Origin: an uncultured Pseudomonadota bacterium
GTDB taxonomy: Bacteria; Myxococcota_A; UBA796; UBA9615
Length of the DNA stretch: 64,000 nucleotides
Reading direction: 5' to 3'
Assembly: GCA_937891735.1 (NCBI GenBank)
Contig: CALAGR010000064.1
Span: 26,723 to 90,722, forward strand
This document shows, one piece after another, positions 41,984-51,330 of the stretch (positions are counted from its first letter, which is position 1; each line of letters starts with the position of its first letter). The notes below the pieces were generated by a model that saw nothing but the letters and a program-made list of their open reading frames with translations, was not told where the DNA came from and made no database searches. The position numbers and the translations under genes were made by a program.

Positions 41984-43918
41984 GTGCGCCCCCTCGCCCT
42001 CGCCCTCCTCGCCGGCCTGCTCGGCTGCCCGTCTGCGCCGCCGCCGGATCCGGACCCCACCCCGGCCGACGTGCCCTGCGCGGATCAGACACCGACCCGA
42101 CGGGCGCTGTTCGGTGACCTGCACGTGCACACCCGGTGGTCGTTCGACGCATACGTGCAGGACGTGCGGGTCAGCCCCGACGAGGCCTACGCCTTCGCCC
42201 GCGGCGAGCCGGTCCTGCTGCCGCCCCTGGACGCCCAGGGCAACGGCACCCGGCAGGTGCGTCTGGCCCGTCCCCTGGACTTCGTGGCCATCACCGATCA
42301 CGCCGAGTACCTGGGCGAGATGGCGGTCTGCCTGGATCCGGACGCGCCCGGATACGCCTCGGAGCCCTGCGTGGGGATCCGCTCGGGGAGCGTGTCGGCG
42401 ACCTACGGCTGGGGAGGCAACCTCACCGAGGCTCCGCCCACCCGGTTCGACGCGGTGTGCGAGGGCTCGGACTGCCCGGCGCTGGTGCGGGACGGCTGGC
42501 GGCGCACCGTGGATCAGGCGAACGCCTGGGACGACGCCACGGACGCCTGCACCTTCACGGCGCTGGTGGCCTACGAGTACAGCTGCTCCCCGGACGTGAG
42601 CAACGCCCACCGCAACGTCATCTTCCGCAGCGGGGTCGTGCCCGATCTGCCCACCACCTGCTTCGAGGAGTCGACCCAGTGGGGGCTGTGGCGCGCGCTG
42701 GAGCGGGACTGCCTCAACGGGGTGTTCGCGGACGGCGAGTGCGACGTGCTGGCCATCCCCCACAACAGCAACTGGTCCAACGGCAACATGTTCGTGCCGG
42801 ACTACCCCTTCGCGGCCACGCCGGAGGCCACCGCCGAGCTCGCCCGGTTCCGGGCGCGGATGGAGCCCCTGGTCGAGATCTATCAGCACAAGGGCGACAG
42901 CGAGTGCTCCATGGGCTTTGCGTCCCCCCTCGGGGAGCCGGACGAGGCGTGTGGATTCGAGAAGCTGCGGACCCCGGGGTTCGGCGACTGCGGGGACGGC
43001 ACGGGCAGCGGCGCCATGGCGGGGCTGGGCTGCGTGTCGCGCCTGGACTTCGTGCGGGACGCCCTCGCCGAGGGCCTGCTGGAGGAGGAGCGCATCGGCG
43101 TGAACCCCTTCCGCCTCGGCATCATCGCGTCCACGGACACGCACAACGGGATCCCCGGCTACACCAGCGAGCAGGCCTTCGAGGGCCACACGGGCCGGGA
43201 AGAGAGCACCGCCCAGGGCCGCTTGAGCTCCGGGGGGCTCATCCCCGGAGGCGTGCTGATGAGCGGCGGCGGCCTCGCCGGGGTCTGGGCGGCGGAGAAC
43301 TCCCGGGAGGCGATCTTCGAGGCGCTGCGCCGACGCGAGACGTTCGGCACCAGCGGGCCCCGCATCGTGCCCCGGCTGTACGGCGGCGACCTCGACCCCG
43401 GGCTGTGCGCCGACCCGGAGATGCTGGAGCACGCGGACGCGGACGGCGTGCCCATGGGCGGCGACCTGCCAGGTCCGAACGCCAGCTTCCTGGTGGCCGC
43501 CCTCGCGGATCCGGGGACCGACGAGGAGCCAGGGGCGCCGCTGCAGCGGATCCAGATCATCAAGGGCTGGGTCGGTGCCGATGGCGCGGCCCACACCCGG
43601 GTGTACGACGTGGCCGGAGACGGCGACAACGGCGCGGGGGTCGATGAGGCCACCTGCGCGCCCACGGGTCCCGCCGATGCAGGGGCCGCCGAGCTCTGCG
43701 CGGTCTGGACCGACCCCGACTTCGACCCGACCCAGCGGGCGTTCTGGTACGCCCGGGTGCTCGAGAACCCCACCTGCCGCTGGAGCACCTGGCAGTGCAA
43801 CGACCTGCCGGCAGCGGAGCGGCCCGCCTCTTGCTCCGATCCCGCCATCCCGCGCACGGTGCAGGAGCGCGCATGGACCTCGCCGATCTGGTTCAGCCCC
43901 ACGGATTGGGTACCCTGA
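41984..43918 (+). CDS. DUF3604-family lipoprotein (PHP-like metal-dependent fold)
   Basis: GTG 41984 gives VRPLALALLAGLLGC (lipobox); the track start is 41939. The FGDLHVHTRWSFDA motif is typical of DUF3604. Confidence 0.75.
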   Translation: MRPLALALLAGLLGCPSAPPPDPDPTPADVPCADQTPTRRALFGDLHVHTRWSFDAYVQDVRVSPDEAYAFARGEPVLLPPLDAQGNGTRQVRLARPLDFVAITDHAEYLGEMAVCLDPDAPGYASEPCVGIRSGSVSATYGWGGNLTEAPPTRFDAVCEGSDCPALVRDGWRRTVDQANAWDDATDACTFTALVAYEYSCSPDVSNAHRNVIFRSGVVPDLPTTCFEESTQWGLWRALERDCLNGVFADGECDVLAIPHNSNWSNGNMFVPDYPFAATPEATAELARFRARMEPLVEIYQHKGDSECSMGFASPLGEPDEACGFEKLRTPGFGDCGDGTGSGAMAGLGCVSRLDFVRDALAEGLLEEERIGVNPFRLGIIASTDTHNGIPGYTSEQAFEGHTGREESTAQGRLSSGGLIPGGVLMSGGGLAGVWAAENSREAIFEALRRRETFGTSGPRIVPRLYGGDLDPGLCADPEMLEHADADGVPMGGDLPGPNASFLVAALADPGTDEEPGAPLQRIQIIKGWVGADGAAHTRVYDVAGDGDNGAGVDEATCAPTGPADAGAAELCAVWTDPDFDPTQRAFWYARVLENPTCRWSTWQCNDLPAAERPASCSDPAIPRTVQERAWTSPIWFSPTDWVP

Positions 43919-43922
43919 GGCC

Positions 43923-45425
43923 ATGGCGGCCCGATCGCTCCTCCTCCTCATCGCGCTGATCCTGCTGCCGGCCACCGTCGCCGCCCAGGACGGCGAGGAC
44001 TTCCCCGACAAGGACACGTCCGGCAAGGACAAGTCCGGCAAGGACGACGCGCCCGCGGACCTCGCCCCCATCGTCAGTCCCCTCGAGCACCTCGAGGCCC
44101 CCTGCGCCGAAGGGGACGGGGCGAAGTGCCTCGAAGCCGGCAACGCCTGGTACACCGGGGCGGGCGTGGACAAGCCCAACCACCCCCTGGCCGTGAACCT
44201 GTACCAGGCCGCGTGCGCCTACAAGGTGGTGGACGGCTGCCTGCAGGCAGCGCGCATGTACCTCGAGCTCGAAGCGGGAATGCAGCTCGTCATGCCCGAG
44301 GGCACCCCGAGCGCCGACCTGGACGCCGCCACGGGCCAGCTGCGGTTCGCGTGCGAGCTCGGCAACCTCGCGGCCTGCGGGCGCATGGGCGATCTGTTCG
44401 TCAACCCCGACGGGGCCCTGCCCCCGGGGACCCAGCACCGCGGCATCGACCAGGACTACTTCTACGCCGCGCAGGCCTACCAGTCGGGCTGCAACGAGCG
44501 GAACGTGCCCAACGCGTCGGATGTGCGGCCCGACGGCAAGGTGGACGCGCGAAGCTGCGCCCGCCTCGGGGAGCTGCACGAGCGCGGGGCCGGCGTGATG
44601 CGCAGCGCGGATCTGGCCGCCACCTTCTACGACCGCGCGTGCCGGGCCGGAGCCGCGGCGTGGTGCGACAAGGCGGACGCGGTGCGCAAGGCGGTGGCCG
44701 AAGGCACCTGGGTGCACCCCGATCAGCAGGCCCGCGCGGAGCATCGCGAGCAGGGGTCCCGCGGCAGCGGCCACCTCGGATCCATCGAGCCGGACACGCA
44801 GCGCTTCGAGGATCCGGACCTGGGCATCGGCGACCGCAAGAAGGAGGCGGGCGTTCGCTTCGATCTGGTGGGCATGATCGGCTCGCGGTGGTTCTACGGT
44901 CCGCCCCGCACCCTGGGGGGCGTCAACTTCAAGGCGGGCATGACCCTGTGGGTGAAGCTGATCGGGTTCAGCTTCGAGACGGGCTTCAACACCGACCGCC
45001 TCTTCTTCCCCAGCGGGCGCTACTACGCGCGCTACACCCACGCCCTGGTGGTCAAGGGGATCTTCCCGCTGCCGATCAAGATGCCGATCCCGGCGGTGCT
45101 GGCGCTGTCCGTGGGAGCGGGTCCGCTGCTCGGGCACCAGCGCTTGCCGGACGTGCCGTTCTTCCTCATCTACGGCGCCCGCGAGCACATCCAGATCGTG
45201 ATCAGCTCGCCCCAGCGACGGGGACCGCGGCAGTGGGGCGCGTTCCGGGTGGAGCAGCAGCAGACCTGGCTGTCGGTGGAGCAGCGCACCGAGCACAGCA
45301 GCCAGATCATGTTCCTGTTCGGCTTCACCTTCGGCGGAGTCGCCCCCGAATACCCCCGGGGCGGCGGCCGGGTGAAGGACGACATCACGGACCGGGACGC
45401 CCCGCGGCCAAACTGGATCCCCTGA
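43923..45425 (+). CDS. secreted Sel1-like (Cys-bracketed) repeat protein with a C-terminal beta-barrel-like domain
   Basis: ATG 43923 lies inside track ORF 43575..45425. The signal peptide ends AAQ. It has Hcp/Sel1-like units (C..LG.L...G.GV......A...Y..AC). The C-terminal ~200 aa are beta-rich. Confidence 0.7.
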   Translation: MAARSLLLLIALILLPATVAAQDGEDFPDKDTSGKDKSGKDDAPADLAPIVSPLEHLEAPCAEGDGAKCLEAGNAWYTGAGVDKPNHPLAVNLYQAACAYKVVDGCLQAARMYLELEAGMQLVMPEGTPSADLDAATGQLRFACELGNLAACGRMGDLFVNPDGALPPGTQHRGIDQDYFYAAQAYQSGCNERNVPNASDVRPDGKVDARSCARLGELHERGAGVMRSADLAATFYDRACRAGAAAWCDKADAVRKAVAEGTWVHPDQQARAEHREQGSRGSGHLGSIEPDTQRFEDPDLGIGDRKKEAGVRFDLVGMIGSRWFYGPPRTLGGVNFKAGMTLWVKLIGFSFETGFNTDRLFFPSGRYYARYTHALVVKGIFPLPIKMPIPAVLALSVGAGPLLGHQRLPDVPFFLIYGAREHIQIVISSPQRRGPRQWGAFRVEQQQTWLSVEQRTEHSSQIMFLFGFTFGGVAPEYPRGGGRVKDDITDRDAPRPNWIP

Positions 45426-45443
45426 GGCGCCCGACCGGGGCGG

Positions 45444-46328
45444 TCACTCCTCGGCGGCGGCCTGGGCCTTGAGGTCTCGAAGCCCCTTGAGGGCGATCCA
45501 GGGCTCGCTGTCGTGGGGCAGCTCCCCCAGCGTCCAGGCCACCTCCAGCCGCTGCAGCACCTCGCGGCTGGTCTGCTCCTGGTCGTGCCGGGCGGTCTCG
45601 AGCCCCTGCTCGATGCGCTTGATCGCGGGCTTGAGGTCCTTCGGGGTGCGCACGGTGTCCAGCGAGTAGCGGTCCTCGGCGAGCTGCCCGGTGGCGATGC
45701 GATCCGCGTTGGCGGCGTTGAGCAGCCGGTCCAGCTGGGAGACCGCCGTGCGCGCTCCGGCGATCTTCGACAGGACGACCTCGGTCGCCGAACACCGCAC
45801 GGACTCCTCGTTGCGCGCCTCGATCAGGGCGCGGCCGATGTCGCGCTCCTGGGAGCGGAACTTCGTGCGCGTGGCGGCGGAGCGGGCCAGCAGCCCGGCC
45901 TGACGGGCCTTCGCCTTCACGACGGCGCCGAAGCCCTTGGCCTGACCGAGCTCGGTGATCTCGCCCTCGATGGTCTCCACCTCGTCGCGGGAGATGCGGC
46001 GCGGCTCGAAGAGCGGATCGTGATCCAGATCACCGAGCTCGAAGGCCTCGAAGGCGTTCTTTCCGAGCTCGCCGGCGAGATTCTCGAGCTCCTTGACGGC
46101 CCTGTCGGCGTCCTTGCGGCGCTCCCGCACCCGGGCGTCCTGCTCGTCGAGCTCGTCCCGGGTGAGCTCGATGGCGGCCAGATCCTCCATCAGCTTCTGC
46201 TCGGCCGCGAAGGCTCGCCGGCGCGCGTCCACCAGCTCCTGCAGGCCGTCGGTGACGTCCGGCATGATGTCCGCGGCGTCGAGCGCGCGCTCCCGGGCGG
46301 CGTCGAGCTGGTGGTGCAGGGTGCTCAT
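45444..46328 (-). CDS. hypothetical coiled-coil protein
   Basis: The composition is charged and heptad-like (E/R/K/L/A-rich). GC3 is high, and no domain is recognised. Confidence 0.65.
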   Translation of the reverse strand: MSTLHHQLDAARERALDAADIMPDVTDGLQELVDARRRAFAAEQKLMEDLAAIELTRDELDEQDARVRERRKDADRAVKELENLAGELGKNAFEAFELGDLDHDPLFEPRRISRDEVETIEGEITELGQAKGFGAVVKAKARQAGLLARSAATRTKFRSQERDIGRALIEARNEESVRCSATEVVLSKIAGARTAVSQLDRLLNAANADRIATGQLAEDRYSLDTVRTPKDLKPAIKRIEQGLETARHDQEQTSREVLQRLEVAWTLGELPHDSEPWIALKGLRDLKAQAAAEE

Positions 46329-46388
46329 GGGATCCCTCCGAATGTCGCCGGGGCGCTCGCCCCGGGGGCGGACAGTATGGTCCGCGGA

Positions 46389-47765
46389 TCAGCGGAACGC
46401 GAAGCTCAGGTCCATCCGCCCGAAGTACGCCGCCCCCGCCTGGCCCAGGAAGGCGCCCCCTGCGGTCACGTCCAGCGTCATGCGGCGCACCTGCAGCGCG
46501 ACCCCGCCGTGGGCCTCCACGCCGATCGCGGCCGCCTTGGGGGTCGTTACCCGGTCCTGGTTCACCTGGACGAGCTCGGTGCCCGCCTCCTCGAAGAGGG
46601 TCGTCGTGTGCACCGCCCGGCCCCCGACGACCGCCGAGCGCAGCCCCGCACGGAGCAGCAGCGCCGGCCGCACCCGGTACTCGGCCCCCAGGGACAGCTC
46701 CGGCAGGGACAGCTCGACCTTCGAGTCGCGGATCTGGTAGCCGGCCCGGGCCTGCGTCTGGCGGACGCGCAGTTCCTCGGCGACCACCGACGCGGTGCCC
46801 ACGATCCGCAGCTCGTTCAGCCGGACCGCGACCCCCAGCCCGCCCCGCAGGTGGTGGGCCGACGGCGCCCAGGTGGTGCGCTCGGCGTCCCCGCTGAGGT
46901 TGTCGTCGTTGTACGAGTACCACCCGATCGCGCCGTCGTACTGCACGGCTGGAGACAGCACCACGCCGCGCGGATCGAGGGGATCTCCGATGTGCACGCG
47001 CACGCCGCCGCCGCCGCGCACGTCCGCGCTCAGGGCCAGGGACCAGCGGTCGATTCGTTCGCCCTCCTGCAGGGCCGTGCGGCCCACCACCTGCTCCCGC
47101 GCGGCCCGGGACGACAGGTTGCCCACCCGTAGCCACACCTCGGGCCGAACGAAGTCCGTGTCCCGGGCCGCGAGGCCGAAGGTCACGTTGACGAGGTGCG
47201 ACTGCCGCGTGAGATCCACCACGTCCTCGGACGTCTCGGAGATGTCGGTGTCCTGCAGCCGGACCTCGCCGCCTGCGTAGTAGATGTTCAGCCCACCCCG
47301 GACCGCCGCCTGGGCCCTGCCAAAGCCGAAGAACACGTCCACCGGGAACCGCAGCGGCGCCGTCCCCTCGGCCGGCGCGCCGGGCAGCGCGAAGGCGCCC
47401 CCTGGGCCGTCGGGCAGGTACACCGTGGCCACCGGCCACAGCGCGTTGCCGAAGTCGTAGCTGGTGGGGTTGCGGTTGAGGGCCACCCCCAGATCGAAGC
47501 CGTCCGTCACCCGGATCGCCGCGCCCCCCATGGGATCGAAACCGAAGCTCCCGCCGTTGCCCGTCACCCCCAGGGAGATCCACACCCGGTCGCTGTAGCG
47601 CCCCAGCAGGGCGGGGTTGGTGAACAGGTCGCTGCTGTCTTCGATCAACAGATCCACCGCGCCCAGCGCCTCGACCCGCGCCCGATCCGCGGACGCGGTG
47701 GCGGGCAGGACGGCGAGCAGGAGCGCCACGGACAGGGCGAGGAGTCGGGGGAAGGCCAGGTTCAT
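46389..47765 (-). CDS. putative outer-membrane beta-barrel protein
   Basis: The signal peptide ends ATASA. Alternating beta-strand patterns run throughout, and the C-terminus is aromatic (LSFAFR). Confidence 0.7.
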   Translation of the reverse strand: MNLAFPRLLALSVALLLAVLPATASADRARVEALGAVDLLIEDSSDLFTNPALLGRYSDRVWISLGVTGNGGSFGFDPMGGAAIRVTDGFDLGVALNRNPTSYDFGNALWPVATVYLPDGPGGAFALPGAPAEGTAPLRFPVDVFFGFGRAQAAVRGGLNIYYAGGEVRLQDTDISETSEDVVDLTRQSHLVNVTFGLAARDTDFVRPEVWLRVGNLSSRAAREQVVGRTALQEGERIDRWSLALSADVRGGGGVRVHIGDPLDPRGVVLSPAVQYDGAIGWYSYNDDNLSGDAERTTWAPSAHHLRGGLGVAVRLNELRIVGTASVVAEELRVRQTQARAGYQIRDSKVELSLPELSLGAEYRVRPALLLRAGLRSAVVGGRAVHTTTLFEEAGTELVQVNQDRVTTPKAAAIGVEAHGGVALQVRRMTLDVTAGGAFLGQAGAAYFGRMDLSFAFR

Positions 47766-47782
47766 CGCGGGTGCCTCGACAC

Positions 47783-47797
47783 TTTACGTTTCTTCAC
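47783..47797 (-). promoter_or_regulatory. CpxR-box-like direct repeat GTGAA-N5-GTAAA (read on minus strand)
   Basis: The plus strand tttacgtttcttcac reverse-complements to gtgaa gaaac gtaaa, one mismatch from the enterobacterial GTAAA-N5-GTAAA consensus. It lies ~90 nt upstream of the CpxP-like gene. Cross-phylum transfer of this consensus is uncertain. Confidence 0.25.
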
Positions 47798-47885
47798 GCC
47801 GGCGAAATCACCGGGACAAGGCCGCCACCTAGGTTCATCACGTCGGGGATGCATGCCGCTCCCGACCAATGAAGGACCGCACACC

Positions 47886-48392
47886 ATGACCAACGACAGC
47901 AACACCGCCTCCTCCAGGACCCCCCGCCCGCGCCGCGGACTCATCCTCGCCCTCGTCGCCATGGGCCTGTTCGCGGTCAGCGCCGCGTTCGCAGGCGGTG
48001 GCTTCGGAGGCCATTGCGGCGCCCACGGTGCCATGGGGGGGCAGCCGGATGCGAAGGCCGCCTTCGTTGCGCAGCGGATCTCCGACCGGGCTGACGCCAC
48101 CGACGAGCAGCAGGCCTCCATCCAGGCGGTCCTGGTCGACCTGTTCACCGACATGGCCGCGCTGGAGGCGGACAAGGAGACCTTCCACGCCCAGGTCAAG
48201 GACGCGCTGACCGCCGAGACCATCGACGCCGCGCGGCTGCAGACCCTGCGCTCCCAGGGCCTCTCGAGGGTGGACGACGCGAGCATCCAGGTGGTGGACG
48301 CCCTCGCGGAGGTGGCCTCGATCCTGACCCCCCAGCAGCGCCTCGATCTGGCCGACGACTTCGAGCGCATGCACGACCGCTGGAACCGGTAG
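47886..48392 (+). CDS. Spy/CpxP-family periplasmic protein (LTxxQ motif)
   Basis: ATG 47886 lies inside track ORF 47196..48392. It has an N-terminal anchor/signal. The body is helical with ILTPQQRLDL (LTxxQ). Confidence 0.75.
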   Translation: MTNDSNTASSRTPRPRRGLILALVAMGLFAVSAAFAGGGFGGHCGAHGAMGGQPDAKAAFVAQRISDRADATDEQQASIQAVLVDLFTDMAALEADKETFHAQVKDALTAETIDAARLQTLRSQGLSRVDDASIQVVDALAEVASILTPQQRLDLADDFERMHDRWNR

Positions 48393-48402
48393 AGAGTGGC
48401 GG

Positions 48403-48426
48403 CCCCGGGACCGTGTGGTCTCGGGG
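48403..48426 (+). terminator. stem-loop after the CpxP-like gene (possible terminator/attenuator)
   Basis: The sequence is ccccgggacc gtgt ggtctcgggg, a 10-bp stem with one mismatch, followed by tctt. It lies 11 nt after the stop. Confidence 0.4.
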
Positions 48427-48457
48427 TCTTCCGCGTCGCGAGGCTAGGATCCCGCCC

Positions 48458-49168
48458 ATGAACGACGCGCCCCGCATCCTGCTCATCGACGACGACGACG
48501 CCCTGTCGGCGATGGTGTCCGAGTACCTGATCGCCCGCGGCCTGCGCGTGGAGCGCTCCGCTGATGGCCCCAGCGGCCTCGCCCGCCTCGCCGCCGAGCC
48601 CTTCGACGCCGTGGTGCTGGACGTGATGATGCCGGGGCCCGACGGCTTCGAGGTCCTGCAGGGCATTCGCCGGGACAGCGCGGTGCCCGTGGTGATGTTG
48701 ACCGCCCGGGGCGAGGACATGGACCGGATCATCGGCCTGGAGATGGGCGCCGACGACTACCTGTCCAAGCCCTTCAACCCCCGCGAGCTGCTGGCCCGCA
48801 TCAAGGCCGTGCTGCGGCGCAGCCGCGGCGAGTTGACCACGGACGGCGAGGCGAAGGCCCCGCCCCTGCGCTTCGGGCGCCTGGAGATCGACGTGGACGC
48901 GCGGGTGGTGCGCCTGGACGGCGAGGACAGGAGCCTCACCGGCCACCAGTTCGCCCTGCTGCTGGCCATGGCGCGCTCGGCGGGCCGCGCCCTGACCCGC
49001 GACGAGATCATGCAGCGGGTCCGCGGAGAGGGCCTGGAGGCCTTCGACCGGAGCATCGACGTGCACGTCTCCCGGATCCGGGCCGCCATCGAGGACGACC
49101 CCAAGAACCCACGGCGCATCATCACGCTGCGGGGCGTGGGCTACCTGTTCGCCAAGGCGCAGGCCTGA
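48458..49168 (+). CDS. OmpR-family response regulator
   Basis: The receiver domain reads ILLIDDDD...VVLDVMMPGPDG...KP. The winged-helix C-terminus reads LTGHQFALL...RGVGYLF. Confidence 0.9.
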   Translation: MNDAPRILLIDDDDALSAMVSEYLIARGLRVERSADGPSGLARLAAEPFDAVVLDVMMPGPDGFEVLQGIRRDSAVPVVMLTARGEDMDRIIGLEMGADDYLSKPFNPRELLARIKAVLRRSRGELTTDGEAKAPPLRFGRLEIDVDARVVRLDGEDRSLTGHQFALLLAMARSAGRALTRDEIMQRVRGEGLEAFDRSIDVHVSRIRAAIEDDPKNPRRIITLRGVGYLFAKAQA

Positions 49169-50511
49169 TGGGCCACCGAGGGCATCGACGCCACCTTCGT
49201 CGCCACATGGTGCGCCGGCGCCTGTGGGCCCAGGTCTACGTGGCCATCATCGGCATCCTGCTCGCGACGATCGTCGCCGCGGGGCTCGGCTTGAAGGCGC
49301 TGCATCCCGAGTGGGAGACGCGCCGGAGCGAGGTGCCTCCGTCCCTGGTGGGCGCCGCGGAGGTCATCGCCGCGTCGCTGCCGGCGGATCCCGCCTCCAT
49401 CCCGGCCCAGCTGGGCGACACGGCCCGCAAGCTCGAGCTGCGGCTGGCGATCTACGACCGCGCCGGCGGCGTCCTGGGCACCACCGACGCGTCCCTGCCG
49501 CGCCCCCCTGCGGCGCTGGGTGGCCCGCTCTGGCAGCGCGACGCCGGCGGGCCCGTGATCGTGGTGCCGCTGCCGGACGGCCGGGTGCTGGTGGGCGGGC
49601 CCATGTGGCGCAGCGCCTGGGGAGGCAGCACCCAGATCAAGCACGTGACGCTGCTCGCCGGCCTGCTGGTCCTGCTGGGGATGCTGAGCTGGCCCCTGAG
49701 CCGGCGCATCACCCGGCGCGTGGAGCGGCTGCAGGCGGGAGTGGACAGCCTGGGCTCGGGGGACCTGCGGGCGCGGGTGGCGGTGGAGGGGCACGACGAG
49801 GTGGCGAACCTGGCCCGCTCCTTCAACCGCGCGGCGGAGCGGATCGAGGCCCTGGTCAGCGCGCAGCAGCGCATGCTGGCCAGCGCGTCCCACGAGCTGC
49901 GCTCTCCCCTGGCCCGTCTGCGGGTGGCCCTGGAGCTGCTGACGGATCCCGAGGTGGCGCCCACCGAGGTGCGCCGGGGAGCCCTGCTGACCCAGGCCGG
50001 GGCCGACGTGAACGAGCTCGACGGCCTGATCGAGGACCTGCTGCTCGTGGGACGCCTGGGCTCGGACCAGGGCGCGGCGGCGCGCAGGGTGGATCTGGAT
50101 CTGCTGGTGCTCGCGGCGGAGGAGGCCGCGCGACACGGCGTCGAGGTGGAGGGGGCGCCGACCCCGGTGCGCGGCGACGAGCGGGCCCTGCGGCGACTGG
50201 TGCGCAACCTGCTCGACAACGCCGACAAGCACGCTGGCGGCGAGCAGGTCGAGGTCGTGGTCACGCCCGTGGAGGGTGGCGCGCGGCTGGTGGTGCGCGA
50301 CCGCGGCCCGGGCGTCCCGGAAGCGGAGCGGGAGTCGATCTTCGAGGCGTTCCATCGCGCCGTGGACCACCGGGAGGGGGCCCACGGAGGCGTCGGCCTG
50401 GGACTCGCCCTGGTGCGGGAGATCGCCCGGGCCCACGGCGGCACGGTGCATATCGAGGGCCGCGACGGCGGCGGCAGCGCCTTCGTGGTGGAGCTGCCCG
50501 CCACCAGCTAA
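49168..50511 (+). CDS. HAMP-containing sensor histidine kinase (CpxA-like architecture)
   Basis: Its ATG overlaps the regulator stop (TGATG). It has two TM segments, a HAMP domain, an H-box (SHELRSPLA), an N-box (DNADKH) and a G-box (GVGLGLALV). Confidence 0.9.
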   Translation: MGHRGHRRHLRRHMVRRRLWAQVYVAIIGILLATIVAAGLGLKALHPEWETRRSEVPPSLVGAAEVIAASLPADPASIPAQLGDTARKLELRLAIYDRAGGVLGTTDASLPRPPAALGGPLWQRDAGGPVIVVPLPDGRVLVGGPMWRSAWGGSTQIKHVTLLAGLLVLLGMLSWPLSRRITRRVERLQAGVDSLGSGDLRARVAVEGHDEVANLARSFNRAAERIEALVSAQQRMLASASHELRSPLARLRVALELLTDPEVAPTEVRRGALLTQAGADVNELDGLIEDLLLVGRLGSDQGAAARRVDLDLLVLAAEEAARHGVEVEGAPTPVRGDERALRRLVRNLLDNADKHAGGEQVEVVVTPVEGGARLVVRDRGPGVPEAERESIFEAFHRAVDHREGAHGGVGLGLALVREIARAHGGTVHIEGRDGGGSAFVVELPATS

Positions 50512-50586
50512 AGGGTCAGGTTTTCCCCCACGGAGCGTTCGAGTCGATAGCCTGCGCGGCCATCAACCAACCGAGGAGGATCTTCC

Positions 50587-51282
50587 ATGCTCAAGCAGCT
50601 CCATTCCCTGACGTTCCTGACGCTCCTGGCCTTCGCGCTCGCCTTGTCTGGCTGCCCCGCCAGCGACGACGATGACAGCGGGACCGACGACGACGACACC
50701 ACCGCCGCGGACGACGACGACACCACCGCCGCGGACGACGACGACAGCGGCGACGACGACGACACCATCGGTGATGACGACGACAGCGCCGGCCCGACCG
50801 CGTGCGGCACCTACTGCAACCGGGCGATGAACAACTGCACCGGCGAGAACTCCCTGTTCGGCGACATCGGCCAGTGCATGACGGCCTGCGCGGCGATGCC
50901 CGAAGGCGACTTCACCGACACGAGCGGGGACACCGCCTGGTGCCGCGCCTACCACGCCGAAGCGGCCGCCGGCGCGCCCGCGTCCCACTGCCCCCACGCC
51001 TCGACCACCAGCGACAGCGGCATCTGCGGCACCCCGTGCGATGCGTACTGCGACCAGGTCATGGCGAACTGCACCGGGACGGGCGGCGACTCCGACTTCG
51101 CCGACCGCAACGCCTGCGAGACGGCCTGTGCGCTGTACCCGTCGGGCAGCTGGAACGACCAGGCGGGCGACACGGCGCAGTGCCGCACCTACCACGGCAG
51201 CTTCCCGGCGGCCGGCGCGCCCGCCACCCACTGCGGCCACGCCGGTGTGTCCGGTGACGGCGTCTGCGTGAACACGCGTTAG
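50587..51282 (+). CDS. lipoprotein with a poly-Asp linker and two Cys/His-rich repeat modules
   Basis: The lipobox is ALSGC. The DDDDTTAA unit is duplicated, encoded by a perfect 24-nt tandem repeat at 50686-50733. Two ~75-aa modules share C..(Y)C...M.NCTG...C...CA..P.G...D..GDTA.CR.YH......GAPA.HC.HA. Confidence 0.8.
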   Translation: MLKQLHSLTFLTLLAFALALSGCPASDDDDSGTDDDDTTAADDDDTTAADDDDSGDDDDTIGDDDDSAGPTACGTYCNRAMNNCTGENSLFGDIGQCMTACAAMPEGDFTDTSGDTAWCRAYHAEAAAGAPASHCPHASTTSDSGICGTPCDAYCDQVMANCTGTGGDSDFADRNACETACALYPSGSWNDQAGDTAQCRTYHGSFPAAGAPATHCGHAGVSGDGVCVNTR

Positions 51283-51291
51283 GGAGTTGAC

Positions 51292-51325
51292 GCTCCCGCC
51301 CGGCGCTTGTTGGCCGGGCGGGAGC
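51292..51325. terminator. perfect 13-bp-stem hairpin between convergent genes (bidirectional terminator candidate)
   Basis: The sequence is gctcccgcccggc gcttgttg gccgggcgggagc. It lies 10 nt after the stop of 50587..51282 and 6 nt from the stop of 51331..52326. There is no clear U-tract. Confidence 0.6.
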
Positions 51326-51330
51326 CCCCC

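Noticed and set aside
41924-44179. The upstream two-thirds of the 1011-aa minus-strand ORF 41144..44179.
   Set aside because: It is antisense to the DUF3604 gene and the start of the Sel1-like gene. A plausible signal peptide (MRLTLALACC) marks the real start at 41923.
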